Source: a virus
Length of the DNA: 64,000 bases
Virus record (IMG/VR): IMGVR_UViG_3300020185_004577
Location: 19,145 to 83,144 of that record
Strand: one strand, 5' to 3'
The translations under genes and the position numbers were made by a program. This document shows positions 28,401 to 38,794 of this stretch, piece by piece. Each line of letters begins with the position of its first letter. Position 1 is the stretch's first letter. The notes under the pieces were generated by a model, which did no database searches, was not told where the DNA came from, and saw only the letters and a program-made list of their open reading frames with translations.

Positions 28401-30502
28401 CTGCCAATTAAATTTGCAAAAACTTCCTCAAATGTATACATTATCACACCTGCATTTTTCAATTCTGTACCAAGAGCGTTGGTTCTATTCATTACATTAT
28501 TTTTATTATCATAGAATGAACCTAATTTACTTTTCATAGAAGAATATGTAATCATTCTTACATCTGGAAAACCGTCTCTTAAAAAATTTACAATTCTTTT
28601 ACCTTGAGCCGTTGTGGTCAAAGCAGCTAATCCTGGGTTAATTACAATGCCTCGCCTCATAACTCCACCAGAGCCAAAATTCCACATGCGAACAGAATCA
28701 AGGTCAGCGTCTGGCCTTTGTATCCAAGCTCTTATTGCGATGCAAAATTCTTTTAACTTCTGCAAGCCTTCAGTGTCTAATTGAGCTAGAACAACGTCTG
28801 TAATGTTAGCCAAATCTGAACTCGCCAAACTTCTTATTTTATCATAATCTTGATTTTTCTTATAATCTCCAGTATAAAACCTAGTATTACCATTTGGCTC
28901 TAAATTACCAGGTAATGCAGGATTAAAGCTTTGAGTTAAAAAACCAGCTATACCCGCTCTTTTAACCATTATAGACGCTATCATAGACCAATCATTCTGT
29001 CCCAAATAAGGATTGTCAGCGCCTATTTCCATATTATTTATAATATGTTTTATAGTTTTGTCACCACCCTCAGCAGCTTCTTTTTGCAAAGCCCTATTTT
29101 CTGCAATACCAAAACTTATAGCTGTAATAAAATCATTAACAAACTTTTTTTCAAAATTTTCAGTACCCAAGCCTTTTGCTGGTATTTGGTTTCCCAAATC
29201 TTTTTTTCCATCTTTTGACTTATCAAATATCATAGGATAATATCTTCCTATGGTTTTATTTTCTTCTGCCTTATTTCTCTCTTCAACGTTATTAAGGTAA
29301 CCTTGCTCTCCTGCATCTATTATGTACCCCATTATATAGGCAGTGTCTCTAGCGATTCTGCTAAACACTTCAGAAATAGTCAACTTTTGCAACTCGCTTC
29401 TATTTTCTTTATAAAGATTAGCCTTTATTGCATTCTCTATTATTTCTAAATTCGAATCTATTATAGGATTAAGCTTTTTAGCTCCTGTTTTTAATTTTTC
29501 TATATCAGTATTACTTACATTACCTCCAAACTTTGGCAGCTTGATATTAGAAGCTCCTGGAGTTGAGGAAATTTTAACTTTCCAATTTTCTATATTACGT
29601 AAACTAGGACTTAAATTTTTCAATGCAGGGATTAATATTTCATCATCTTCCGTGTAAGCATTATCTTTAGGTTTAGTAATTTTTATAGGTACAAAATCAG
29701 GTATTTCACCTCTACCAGGTATTTTACTTGATATTATATTTTCTCCTCCATCTTCATTAAATGTTAATTCTCCACTTACAACGCCTTGTATTGGGTCTCT
29801 TTTGGCTAGTTGTAATTTGGCAACTATTTCATCGTACTCTTTAGTTAAATTTGCAGTCTCAACCTCTATCGTCTTACCAATGTACATCAAATCAATAATA
29901 CTTTCTGTTGCTTCTATATAAGTTTTACTATCTTTTCCTATGTTAGTGTCTAACCTATCGGCTCTCAATTTTTTAGCAGCATACAAATATAAAAACGGTA
30001 TATCTGCAAACATACCCCATTGATTAGGCACAAAAGTTGCCTTTATAGTATAACTTCCATCATCAGAATTGTATTGAGTAGATGTGGTTTTCATATTTAG
30101 CAACCATGTAACAGGAGCTCCTAAATATCCTTTAAATGTAAATACAAACTTAGGTGGAGGCCACTGAAAAAGAGCAGCATAATTAACTCCATCAGCATCG
30201 ACATCATACGTTTCTCCAAAAACTGTTTTTCCAAACAAGTCTTTAAACTCTATTTCCACAATAGGCTGAAGAGATGTATTTGTTTCAATTTTTACGTTAG
30301 TAATTCCAAAACCTATCTGCCTTCTAAAAAAACCAGTTTTAAAAGTGGGTAATCCTGTAAAGTCTTCAACTTGACTTATAAACCCAGTGTCTGGGTCTGT
30401 TACTACAGCACCTTCATTGCTTATAGTTGTCAGTCTAACATCTAAATATAAATCTCTCTCATCAAACTGTAAATCAGCTATATTTTCTGGGATTACTGGC
30501 AT
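25481..30502 (-). CDS. Large baseplate hub / tail-associated lysin with C-terminal GH19 muramidase
   Basis: FGITNVKI..P.V.I.F.D N-term; TIGNSQISP...GLYQIIKVNHKI hub-like segment; C-term KESS...GNTRKGDGWKYRGRGYNQITFK (GH19). Confidence 0.8.
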   Translation of the reverse strand: MPVIPENIADLQFDERDLYLDVRLTTISNEGAVVTDPDTGFISQVEDFTGLPTFKTGFFRRQIGFGITNVKIETNTSLQPIVEIEFKDLFGKTVFGETYDVDADGVNYAALFQWPPPKFVFTFKGYLGAPVTWLLNMKTTSTQYNSDDGSYTIKATFVPNQWGMFADIPFLYLYAAKKLRADRLDTNIGKDSKTYIEATESIIDLMYIGKTIEVETANLTKEYDEIVAKLQLAKRDPIQGVVSGELTFNEDGGENIISSKIPGRGEIPDFVPIKITKPKDNAYTEDDEILIPALKNLSPSLRNIENWKVKISSTPGASNIKLPKFGGNVSNTDIEKLKTGAKKLNPIIDSNLEIIENAIKANLYKENRSELQKLTISEVFSRIARDTAYIMGYIIDAGEQGYLNNVEERNKAEENKTIGRYYPMIFDKSKDGKKDLGNQIPAKGLGTENFEKKFVNDFITAISFGIAENRALQKEAAEGGDKTIKHIINNMEIGADNPYLGQNDWSMIASIMVKRAGIAGFLTQSFNPALPGNLEPNGNTRFYTGDYKKNQDYDKIRSLASSDLANITDVVLAQLDTEGLQKLKEFCIAIRAWIQRPDADLDSVRMWNFGSGGVMRRGIVINPGLAALTTTAQGKRIVNFLRDGFPDVRMITYSSMKSKLGSFYDNKNNVMNRTNALGTELKNAGVIMYTFEEVFANLIGSEKAFFGQTTKQKNLGKKGTTVSPTWGNGMDFKTSLGSWVGMGGVVFAHTGYGGTPGFGSREEGNYTEYVVFSDSGDVSRVGGALENPGLVPTATGDEEEDEQKDNEAVEDEVAKVITLDSTRVPEDEQEPDGAKVTNQFLLFFNKRLAGYTGGGDILFGFGDSSKYGGNGVGFSLYNYKKASSVDTRSSVPEYFRPDTFSWRQYFGPTHGESSSDGGAQGNFINVEQTPVIIAPYAQYPSRDETSQSFTPIAGGLNAKENRAPVGSTRNKNNPISAFNDEGDYSQMALVFLRKLALGLLPKIQKIQDEVDKVFGQILGKAGEHEDLIYKQMHTLFHQWQILGGKSDGSRINQVGEPATLTPNVAIEMQKVYGSEVPPAKTPSSRERNNGSVLGGGFRYDYPLQAIGASDVKVKDALISLAPLYAAKANTTTLNMFQQLCTKNNFMFFPICGNARYDKVTDIFRPHEMMGPRIGNFFQVMFQPTPESRTLVGNDTEKKQSAVKDLRTFEVEAFPIAFGDPTNKIIKNVQVSTDENKVTAESIVNLQAIVDNDNKNKTVTTDCSLLSVFEGRSYKAGVETIGNSQISPLQFFFLENHTIFTGLYQIIKVNHKITPNDMTTDLSGIKMRYGGNSYGGVLPITLQDFEDAAGIAKEAPLEKASTSSAAEDKELQEKLNSEDPASDGGGAGGGGGTGGDYAVTGTDKGSKTVASYLRSSTKKRRIDKIIKKCVEEGITSNFAIASVLSICSKESSFDLKSEGFLYSASRLPEVWSYFKKNDPVKGGFVNPKTKKADSDKYQEKIANIVYTQKPVGIRTNGYGNTRKGDGWKYRGRGYNQITFKSGYEKAAKNSGVDLIRYPERLLEEDVATAALVGFFNGRRRTSRFGTKKTGYTTRQEGYGCPDNGVTFPDLKNAVFFYYHLNTGPGKTVAAVKKKLSPNDKLGGMRRAQGRAPAFVEYINKNFEGQGVTILKEKG

Positions 30503-30511
30503 TTTCTGTAT

Positions 30512-30823
30512 TTAGTTTATTGATTTTTTTCTTAACAACTTACCCTCCACTTCGGTCAAAACTTCTCTTAAAGGCAGTGGGATTCGAATCACAGCTTCCT
30601 TAGGAATGTCAAATTCCATATAGTACTCTGGGTTTGCCATCAAAATAAGCCATCCGTAAGTATCATCTTCGTAAACTTCTGCAGATATTCTGTCTAATCT
30701 AGTTTTATCAGAATTATAAACCCTAAAAACATCAGTATCTCTTTCATTTATTTTTATAGGAGGCATTATCTCTGTGCCTTTTGCGTTTTTTGTCCTTAAC
30801 AACTTATATCTATCTCTTCCCAT
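30512..30823 (-). CDS. Baseplate wedge protein, gp53/LysM-like
   Basis: RLDRISAEVYED..YGWLILMANP...IRIP. Confidence 0.75.
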   Translation of the reverse strand: MGRDRYKLLRTKNAKGTEIMPPIKINERDTDVFRVYNSDKTRLDRISAEVYEDDTYGWLILMANPEYYMEFDIPKEAVIRIPLPLREVLTEVEGKLLRKKSIN

Positions 30824-30906
30824 TATTGTTTAATATATACTATCAATAAATATTATTAGTTATTTTTTATACAAAATAAAACAAAAAAATAAAATGTAAA
30901 CAGAAG

Positions 30907-33900
30907 TTACTTACTAACTCTTCTACTGAAATATCCTCCCACATCTGTAGATAGTGGTGGGTCTTCTCCTGCTTCTCCGCCATAAGCTCCAATTATATTA
31001 AAGGTTAACGTAACTTTGCACCACATCGGCTGAACTTTTCCACCGTCAAATGTCCATGGAGAGCTTGCATAATCGTATGCAACACTACTAACTAATATAT
31101 CATGGTCTAGCCAATCACCCAAAGTTAAATGACATACTGGCGGTCTTGAAAAAGAGAATCCAGACTGTTGTCTATCAGATAGTCTATTTCTTGCTGGTCT
31201 TGTCATTTTTGAAATAAATTCCATTCTCTTTAAGAAATCAACCTTACTACCAGAAAAATATGATGGCTGAAAAATGCTTCTCTTTTTCATTTCAGCAAGC
31301 TTGTCCATAGTGTTTTCCACAGAGCTTTCTACATAATTTTCTTCTTTTTTTGTAGTTGAAAAAGTATCAAAAAGTTTATATATATTTGTGCCTCCTGCAC
31401 TTTCTCTAAACCTCTGATTTCTTTGTGCTGCTAAATTAGCAGATTCAGCAGCTGCATCTGCCGCTTCATCCAATTCTGCAGCTTGCTCATTTAGTTCCCT
31501 ATTTTGTTCTGCTTGAAACTTTCTTCTTTCAAAGTAAGAAGCAGACTCTGGTGTAAATGGCTTCGTCCCAGGCTTTAATCTTGGTAATCTTTTTCTGTTA
31601 TTTAAGGCAGCGTTGGCTTCAGCTCTTAACTCATCTGCTTCAGCACTGTCTTGAGTTCTTATTGATGAAAATTTATTGCCAAACGATTCAGTAATCTTAC
31701 TAACTTGACCAGTTGTCTCATCGAATTTGTATCCAATATCTACCCTTTGTGCGAAATCAGTTAAAACCCAAAAAGAAACACTTCCATCCCTAGAAGAAGA
31801 GCCATATGTATATATTGGTTCTGGTCTACCTAAAAAAGAAGTAGAGTTCCATGTTGCACTGTCTCCATGGTTAAACGACTCTATATATGCAGGAAATGAC
31901 ATTGCAGAACCTTCTATTGCGGGTATTGAATAATTAGTCAAAACAAACCTTAACGTTTCGGCACCCTCTGGTGCATATGGGTTTTTAATGCTATATCTAT
32001 TATAAGATTTTTTGTAACTTCCATCTTTTTTTTTGCCTAAAACAAAAACGCTAGAAGAATTCTCAGTTCCTTGTACGTTGAAATTTTTAGCAAAAGAAAT
32101 TTTATCTTCATCAGTATTTGCAATGGTATCTATAACATGCCTAACTCCCCTTCTTCTACTTCCTCCTTTGTCAAAATCTTGTTCTATTGCATCTGAAGTG
32201 TCTGTTTGAGACACCATATTTAAGCCTGTAATTTCACCTTCAGAATCATCTAAGTTAGATGGGTTCAATGGTTTTAGTATTTTTTCGGCAGAATCAGCTA
32301 AGTAAGTTCCACCATTTTCTGAAATAACTTCTGCAGGCGTAGTGTTAGTCCTTTGTTGCAATCTTTTATTTATCCCAGTCTTGCTCAACAACTCTTGAAA
32401 ACCAGCTGAACCAAAGTTTCTCAACCCTTCTATTGCACTCTGTACTCCTTTGTCATATGTTTCACCAGGCTTACTTTGAAAAGTGTTTTGTTGTATATTG
32501 TGTAAAGAAATTAGATTAGTAACAAATCCCACACTAGATGGTGAAGAATAAAACCCTAAACCATCATCAACTCTAGATGTGTCATCAATGAGAGATGTTC
32601 CATAAGTTCCAATAATGTTTTCGCCTCCTTCTATCGTATTTAAACTATTAATAGAATTTCTTTTAGTTAAATATTCTCTACCTCCTGGACTGAGTTGATT
32701 CGATGATGTTTCATCTAAAAAATCTATAGACTCTTCATCGTCAAAAACAGATTTAATGTTTTCTTTATCACCATTTAAAAGATTTTGAGTAGCCCTAAAT
32801 ATGGCTCCTGAAATTTCCAATCTAGAAACTCCAACAAAGGTACTAGTACCCTCTAGTATTATATTTGCTCCTAAATTGAATCTACTAGGATTTTTTGCTA
32901 GTTGGTCATTTCTAAAAACTTTAGAAACTTGATTTATATCTTTAGTGTTAGAAACATTTGAAGATGTCTGGTCTTCCCTTTCTGGTTTGGCGATTACTAA
33001 TAAGTTAGTATCATTTTCTACATTGTTACTTGTGTTATTTGCCCGAAACCCTATAGAGTTGTCGCCCAAATCTTCAGGCTGAGTTATGTTACTGTATAAG
33101 TTGTTTAATCTATCTCCAGAAGAATCTTCCTCCAAATTACTATCGTTAGGTAAGTTGGCAGCTAAACTAGTTGACAAATACTGAAAACTGTCGCCAATTA
33201 ATTCAGAATTTGAGGGAACATTTGGCACTAAATTATTATCTCTAAACGCTTCTGAATCTTCCTCCAAACTTGAGTCTATTGGAGAATTAGAAGAAATGTC
33301 ATCATTTCTGAATGGAATAGAATCTTCAAATAGATTAGTATCATTTTTTTTATTTGACGAAAGGTCTTGTTGTCTAAACTCTTCAGATTCACTTTCTAAG
33401 TCAGTTTTTCTCAAATTATTATTTGACAAATCATCTTCTCTATAAGGAAAACTATCCGACTCCAAGTCACTTTTTGTAGGCGTATTGTACGAAAGGTCGT
33501 CACTTCTGTAAACGCTAGAATCAAAATCTAAATTTGAAGAAATTTTCTTATTTGCAGAAAGGTCTTGCTCTCTAAATTCTTGAGAATCATTTTTAAGATT
33601 ATTACTATTTGAAACATTACTTTGCAAATCTTCTTGCCTAAACGGTTTTGAAGTATCTTCTAAACTTGAAGTTTTTGATTCGTTTCTGGATGTGGTGTCA
33701 CTTCTAAAATTCTCTGAAACTTTTTCTAAATCGGTGTTTACAATTTTGTTTTTTGAAGTTACAGAATCTCTATATTGTGAAGATTCCACATCTAAATTCG
33801 TTTTATTTTCAGAATTTTTACTTAAAACATTAGCTCTTAACTCCTCTGAATCACTCAATAAATTACTATTTTTTGTAGTATTTTTAGTTAAAGTATCTTC

Positions 33901-34878
33901 TCTGTATTTTTCATTTTCAGATTCTGCATCATAATTTTTATCAGTGTTTTTTGACTGATTTATACTTTTATAATTAGAAGAGTCAGATTCTAAATTTGTA
34001 TTTTTTTCTCTATTGTTTTTTAATAAATTAGACCTATATAAAGAACTTTCGTTTTCTATACTGTTATTTGTTTTTAAGTTTTTGGAATTATTATTAGCTC
34101 TAATGTCTTCTGAAATAGATTCAATGCTTGCATTTTCTGATTTATTTTTTAAAATCAAATTGCTTCTACTTGATTCTGAATCGTTTAATAAATCATTAAT
34201 ACTACTTAAATTTTTTGATTCATTAACTTCTCTGGGGGTTCGTGAATCTATTTCTAAATTTGTTATTTTTTCTTTGTTATATTTAAGATTTATATCCCTA
34301 TCTACTTTACTTTGATTGTCTGAAGAAGCGATTTTATTATATGGGTCATTGTCTCTTACTAAATTTTTAGACAACAAATTATCTCTATAATCAGAAGAGA
34401 AAGAATCAATATTTAATTTTGATTCTGAATTTTTTCTAAAATTTTCATTTCTAGCTACTTTAGATATGGAGTCTACATTTTTAGATATATCATTATTTTT
34501 AAGTATTGCGCTTTTCCTAGACTCTTCTGCAAAATCTTCTAAACTCTTAGAAGATTCAACAAGCTTATTTTTAGACTCTAACCTTTTTCTTTGTAAGTCT
34601 CCACTTTCCTCTAAACTTTTTTGTTTAGAAACAAGATTTTTAGTTAAAGCTTCTCTTATTATTTGTGAATCTATTTCTAAATCGCTACTTGAAATAACAT
34701 TTTTAGAGAGATTATCTTCTCTCATTTGTGGATATATCACATCATAAATGTCTTTAGGCTTCTCTAAATTTTTAGACAACAACTTACCCCTAACTTCATT
34801 AGAATAGTCTGAAAAAAAGGCATCTAACCCAGTTCTTCTTTCAAATTCTTCAAATGTTTCATCATAAGGTACAGACAT
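30907..34878 (-). CDS. Baseplate/tail-tube initiator (gp48-like C-terminal domain) with long N-terminal 22-aa repeat region
   Basis: FPAYIESFNH.DSATWNSTSFLGRPEPIYTY...R.GSVSF and PPVCHLTLGD; lies next to the tape measure gene; late box at 34895-34902. Confidence 0.7.
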   Translation of the reverse strand: MSVPYDETFEEFERRTGLDAFFSDYSNEVRGKLLSKNLEKPKDIYDVIYPQMREDNLSKNVISSSDLEIDSQIIREALTKNLVSKQKSLEESGDLQRKRLESKNKLVESSKSLEDFAEESRKSAILKNNDISKNVDSISKVARNENFRKNSESKLNIDSFSSDYRDNLLSKNLVRDNDPYNKIASSDNQSKVDRDINLKYNKEKITNLEIDSRTPREVNESKNLSSINDLLNDSESSRSNLILKNKSENASIESISEDIRANNNSKNLKTNNSIENESSLYRSNLLKNNREKNTNLESDSSNYKSINQSKNTDKNYDAESENEKYREDTLTKNTTKNSNLLSDSEELRANVLSKNSENKTNLDVESSQYRDSVTSKNKIVNTDLEKVSENFRSDTTSRNESKTSSLEDTSKPFRQEDLQSNVSNSNNLKNDSQEFREQDLSANKKISSNLDFDSSVYRSDDLSYNTPTKSDLESDSFPYREDDLSNNNLRKTDLESESEEFRQQDLSSNKKNDTNLFEDSIPFRNDDISSNSPIDSSLEEDSEAFRDNNLVPNVPSNSELIGDSFQYLSTSLAANLPNDSNLEEDSSGDRLNNLYSNITQPEDLGDNSIGFRANNTSNNVENDTNLLVIAKPEREDQTSSNVSNTKDINQVSKVFRNDQLAKNPSRFNLGANIILEGTSTFVGVSRLEISGAIFRATQNLLNGDKENIKSVFDDEESIDFLDETSSNQLSPGGREYLTKRNSINSLNTIEGGENIIGTYGTSLIDDTSRVDDGLGFYSSPSSVGFVTNLISLHNIQQNTFQSKPGETYDKGVQSAIEGLRNFGSAGFQELLSKTGINKRLQQRTNTTPAEVISENGGTYLADSAEKILKPLNPSNLDDSEGEITGLNMVSQTDTSDAIEQDFDKGGSRRRGVRHVIDTIANTDEDKISFAKNFNVQGTENSSSVFVLGKKKDGSYKKSYNRYSIKNPYAPEGAETLRFVLTNYSIPAIEGSAMSFPAYIESFNHGDSATWNSTSFLGRPEPIYTYGSSSRDGSVSFWVLTDFAQRVDIGYKFDETTGQVSKITESFGNKFSSIRTQDSAEADELRAEANAALNNRKRLPRLKPGTKPFTPESASYFERRKFQAEQNRELNEQAAELDEAADAAAESANLAAQRNQRFRESAGGTNIYKLFDTFSTTKKEENYVESSVENTMDKLAEMKKRSIFQPSYFSGSKVDFLKRMEFISKMTRPARNRLSDRQQSGFSFSRPPVCHLTLGDWLDHDILVSSVAYDYASSPWTFDGGKVQPMWCKVTLTFNIIGAYGGEAGEDPPLSTDVGGYFSRRVSK
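32890..34760 (-). repeat. Degenerate 22-aa coding tandem repeat (roughly 25-30 copies)
   Basis: Units such as SNLLSDSEELRANVLSKNSENK, TDLEKVSENFRSDTTSRNESKT and SDLESDSFPYREDDLSNNNLRK. Confidence 0.8.
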
Positions 34879-34931
34879 AGTTGTGTTCTTTGTATATAAA
34901 TATTTTTAAATAAAAATAATGCGATTAATTA

Positions 34932-37900
34932 TTAAGTACTATGCTTAGTGTCTTTTAGAATTATTTCCTGTAAATCTTTACCATCTATTTGTAACTTTAC
35001 AACATGTGTCACTTTTGATGATTCTGCTTTATTTACTTCTGCAACAAACTTACCCATTTCAGCACCACCTTCGGCCATAATCTCTGCTAACTTTTCTAAT
35101 TTAGAAACATTCATACCTTTTACGGCAGACTCTAATTGCAATACTCCTGCAGCCATTCTTTCAATTCCATCAGCCCCCATTGCTAAATTAGGGCCAAGAC
35201 TAACCATAACACTTCTAAGCTCCCATAAAGCTTCTAACATCAATGCTATACCAAATAAAACAAATGGATTAAAGAACATTAAACCTGCAAAAGCAAAACC
35301 TATTAAAGCAGGACCTAAAGTATTCAATCCACTGGCTAGGGTTACCAATCCTTTCCAATCAGTTTCAGCCAAAGATATCAACATAGGCGCTGCCATCGCT
35401 AACATTGGTGCTGCCGCAGCCAGCATTGCAGACCCTATAAGAAGGCCTATACCTGCAGCTATAGTTCCAAAACCAAAAGAAGAAAGGGCTGCTGCGAAAG
35501 GATATAAACCACTCCAATCGGCTTCTTTAATCATTTCTAAAGGCCCTATTGCTTTCAATAAATAATCTCCTGCCATACCCATCAAAACAGCGCCAACCAA
35601 TAGTGCAACTCCTGCTATAGCTAATGCTGCAGCCCCGTAAAGTAAAAGAGGCATCCCAAACACCATAGCCCAACCTAAGGCTGTTAATGCGAGTATAACT
35701 AACATTGCAACACCAACGCCAGCAAGAACATTTACCCAATCTACTTCACTCATCATTAGTGCAGCATATGCAAAAGGTATTAATGCCACACCCATAATTG
35801 CCATCGCGGCTGCTCCCAAAAGAACATCTTTCATGCTCATTTTACCCATTATCTTAGTTGCCAACCATAAACCGCCAGCCATAATAATCATAGAAGCTGC
35901 TGCTGCAGCAAGCTGAGCACCATCAGGACTTCCTGTTGCAGCTATTCCTAACATAAATACAGCAACTGCAGCACCAATCACTGTCAATGCAAAACCAAGC
36001 ATTAAAATATCTTTCATTTTTACTCTACTAAAAGATTTTATACCCATAGCCAATTTGGCTATCCAACCTTGACCAGCCCCTCCTCCTGGTGAAGGTGGTG
36101 GCTTGGGGCCCTGAACAGCACCAGCAGCACCAGCAGCACCACCACCGCCCTTGAAAACACTTTTAATTCCTTTTAAAAATCCGCCACCTTTACTTCCTAT
36201 GGCAAAACCTCTACCTTGAGCAATTCCATTAAGATAAGCTTTAGCTGGTCCGAACAGAACTGCCATAGTTGCCATAAGAATACCAAAAACACCCTTCAAG
36301 AAAGGGCCTGCAGTATTAATTGCTTGAATCATACCTGTTAACCATTCTATAACAGGTTGGAAAAATGGCACTAAAGTGTTGATAACAGAATTCTTTAAAG
36401 CATCAACAGCATCCATAAGACCTTGATTTTGTTTAGCTTGGTCTTCTAATGTCTTTTTCTTTTTTTCTTCGGCAGCAATTGCTTCTTGAATTGAAGTTGC
36501 TGATATTTGTGAAAAATCATCAATACCTTCCATTTCACCCGTAAATTCAAGCTTGCCCCCTTCTCCAACTTTAGTCATTTGCATTAAATACGCCTTTTGC
36601 TTATCATCTAAACCATCCAAGCTCGCACCAAGACCTCCAAGTAGGTCCATTTTATTCATATCTTCTGCATTTTGACCAATCATATTAGTCAAACTTTCCA
36701 TAGATTGACCAGTTGCATCTGAAACCATTTGTAGTCTGTCAGTATCTACTGCATCAAACTCTAATTTCCCAGTTTCAGAGTTAAACGTACCTATGTCTTT
36801 ACCCATTTCACCCAACAACTTCTGAAGTTCCTCTGGACCTTTACGTGCAGCAGAAAGCAATTGCATTGGGTCTATAGCAGCAAAAGAGCCTCCTGCAAGT
36901 TGTAGTTCAGCAGCCATCTCCATAGCTCCTTCAATATTTCTTGCTCTTTTACCAGTTTCAAAAATTTCATCAACATTCATACCTAAACGCTTAGACTCTA
37001 AAACCATTTTTCTTAAAGAAGCCTCTCCTCCTGTGAAACCCATTGTACGCATTTTAGACATGTTTTTTGACATCTCTTGCATTACTTCATTTCCACTAAC
37101 ACCATAAACTCTAGCATCATTCATAGTTGCAGCCGCATCTTCCTCAAGTTGTTTGATGCCTCCACCAAATTTTACATATTCCTTTTGTAATTTAGACATT
37201 TCTGCCGTGTTTAAACCAGTTGACTTACCCAGGGCAGCCATACTCTCAGCAGCTTCTGCCAAAACTTCAAAATTTGTTGTACGAAGGTCTACACTCAATT
37301 GACCCATAGCTTCGGTAGTTTCTCCAACGCTCATTCCAAATCTGGCTGTTTCAGAAGTTAGTGCAGCCATGCCAGCAGTATTTTCACTAAAATTTATACT
37401 AGTTTTCTGTTGGGCATCTTTTATTGTTTTATCGTAATCTAAAGCCGATTTTATTAAAGAATCTAACTTAAATGATTTAGTCAAATTCTTGCCCATAGCA
37501 CTCAAACCTTTGCTGATGTCAAATGTTGTTTCTTGAACATTTTTCATTTGGTCATTAGTTATATCTAGTTGAGTATTTAAATCTTGACTCTCAGCCAAAG
37601 CATCTTGAAAAGGCTTTACTAAATTTTCTGGCAAATCTCCTTCATTAACTATTTTGTCAACCAAGTCATCTGCGCCATCCTTCATTTGGTCTAATACGCC
37701 ACTAAAAGTAGCGCCATCACCTCCAGCTTTTTCAAAAGCTTCTGCAAGTTTATCAGCCTCCTCAGTGGTTAAACCTAACTTATCAGCCAACTCTACAGAA
37801 TTATCTAAAGATATCCCTAGGTTTTCTGCTATATCATCAAAGGTTTTGTCTAAAGCAGCTGAAGCAGTTTCGGCATCAGCCTCAATAGATTGGGCCGTGG

Positions 37901-38108
37901 CTTCTAAATCTTTTAATTTCGCATTATATTCATCGGTAGTTAGGTTTCTAAAAAACTCATTTCCTCCAATACCAAGAAAAGTGCTAGACATAGAATTAAC
38001 GAAATCCTGCTGTTGCTCCATAGACTTAGCAGCTCTATCCATAGCAGCATTGTAAGCCTGAGCTCTCTTCAGAGCATCACCACTAATTCCTTTTTCGTTT
38101 GCTGCCAT
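34932..38108 (-). CDS. Tail tape measure protein
   Basis: 1058 aa, Ala/Gly/Met-rich helical N-half and hydrophobic repetitive C-half; between the chaperone and baseplate genes. Confidence 0.88.
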   Translation of the reverse strand: MAANEKGISGDALKRAQAYNAAMDRAAKSMEQQQDFVNSMSSTFLGIGGNEFFRNLTTDEYNAKLKDLEATAQSIEADAETASAALDKTFDDIAENLGISLDNSVELADKLGLTTEEADKLAEAFEKAGGDGATFSGVLDQMKDGADDLVDKIVNEGDLPENLVKPFQDALAESQDLNTQLDITNDQMKNVQETTFDISKGLSAMGKNLTKSFKLDSLIKSALDYDKTIKDAQQKTSINFSENTAGMAALTSETARFGMSVGETTEAMGQLSVDLRTTNFEVLAEAAESMAALGKSTGLNTAEMSKLQKEYVKFGGGIKQLEEDAAATMNDARVYGVSGNEVMQEMSKNMSKMRTMGFTGGEASLRKMVLESKRLGMNVDEIFETGKRARNIEGAMEMAAELQLAGGSFAAIDPMQLLSAARKGPEELQKLLGEMGKDIGTFNSETGKLEFDAVDTDRLQMVSDATGQSMESLTNMIGQNAEDMNKMDLLGGLGASLDGLDDKQKAYLMQMTKVGEGGKLEFTGEMEGIDDFSQISATSIQEAIAAEEKKKKTLEDQAKQNQGLMDAVDALKNSVINTLVPFFQPVIEWLTGMIQAINTAGPFLKGVFGILMATMAVLFGPAKAYLNGIAQGRGFAIGSKGGGFLKGIKSVFKGGGGAAGAAGAVQGPKPPPSPGGGAGQGWIAKLAMGIKSFSRVKMKDILMLGFALTVIGAAVAVFMLGIAATGSPDGAQLAAAAASMIIMAGGLWLATKIMGKMSMKDVLLGAAAMAIMGVALIPFAYAALMMSEVDWVNVLAGVGVAMLVILALTALGWAMVFGMPLLLYGAAALAIAGVALLVGAVLMGMAGDYLLKAIGPLEMIKEADWSGLYPFAAALSSFGFGTIAAGIGLLIGSAMLAAAAPMLAMAAPMLISLAETDWKGLVTLASGLNTLGPALIGFAFAGLMFFNPFVLFGIALMLEALWELRSVMVSLGPNLAMGADGIERMAAGVLQLESAVKGMNVSKLEKLAEIMAEGGAEMGKFVAEVNKAESSKVTHVVKLQIDGKDLQEIILKDTKHST

Positions 38109-38174
38109 TTATTAAACTTATATTACTAATAAATATAGTTCAATAAAAATAATTAATTGAAAAATAAAGTAAAC

Positions 38175-38201
38175 AAAAAAGGGTAGCGATTGCTACCCTT
38201 T
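38175..38201 (-). terminator. Intrinsic terminator
   Basis: AAAGGGTAGC/GCTACCCTTT stem. Confidence 0.75.
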
Positions 38202-38227
38202 ATATTATATAAATTAAATATATATCC

Positions 38228-38794
38228 CTACTTCTTTTTGCCTCCGTAAAAATCTCTAAGATAACTTTCTCTTTGATTATTAGTCATAGATTGCATTTGT
38301 GAATTCATCCAAGATTGTGTTGAACCTATAGCGTCATCTAAGTGATTTGTATTTGTTTTGTAATAATCCCTAGAACCACCTCTTACAATACCTCCAGCAC
38401 CAGGAATAACATTTAAAGGTCTTCCAATTGGATTTTGATTCCACCCACCAATTATCCAAATACCCCTAATGCACTGAATGATTAAATATATACAAAATAC
38501 CCCACTCATTAACGCTTTGATACTATCTCCAAAGTTGAAAAAGTCTACCAAAGAATTGAACATACTTTGATTAAACAAAAGAAATATATGTAAACCAAGA
38601 AACATAAGACCCATAACAACTACAGAAAGTGGGTTTCTCCAATTTTTATTTGGACCTGTAAAAAATAACTGAAAAATGAAAGCAATAAATGTTGCTATAA
38701 AATTAGATTTATCATTATTTTTAACATCATTAACTACTACGTCATCACCTGGGTGTTTTCCGTATCTTTTATCATATTCTTTAAACTTGCTCAT
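38228..38794 (-). CDS. Membrane protein (about 3 hydrophobic segments)
   Basis: Hydrophobic stretches; own class 2 promoter (38820-38848) and terminator. Confidence 0.7.
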   Translation of the reverse strand: MSKFKEYDKRYGKHPGDDVVVNDVKNNDKSNFIATFIAFIFQLFFTGPNKNWRNPLSVVVMGLMFLGLHIFLLFNQSMFNSLVDFFNFGDSIKALMSGVFCIYLIIQCIRGIWIIGGWNQNPIGRPLNVIPGAGGIVRGGSRDYYKTNTNHLDDAIGSTQSWMNSQMQSMTNNQRESYLRDFYGGKKK

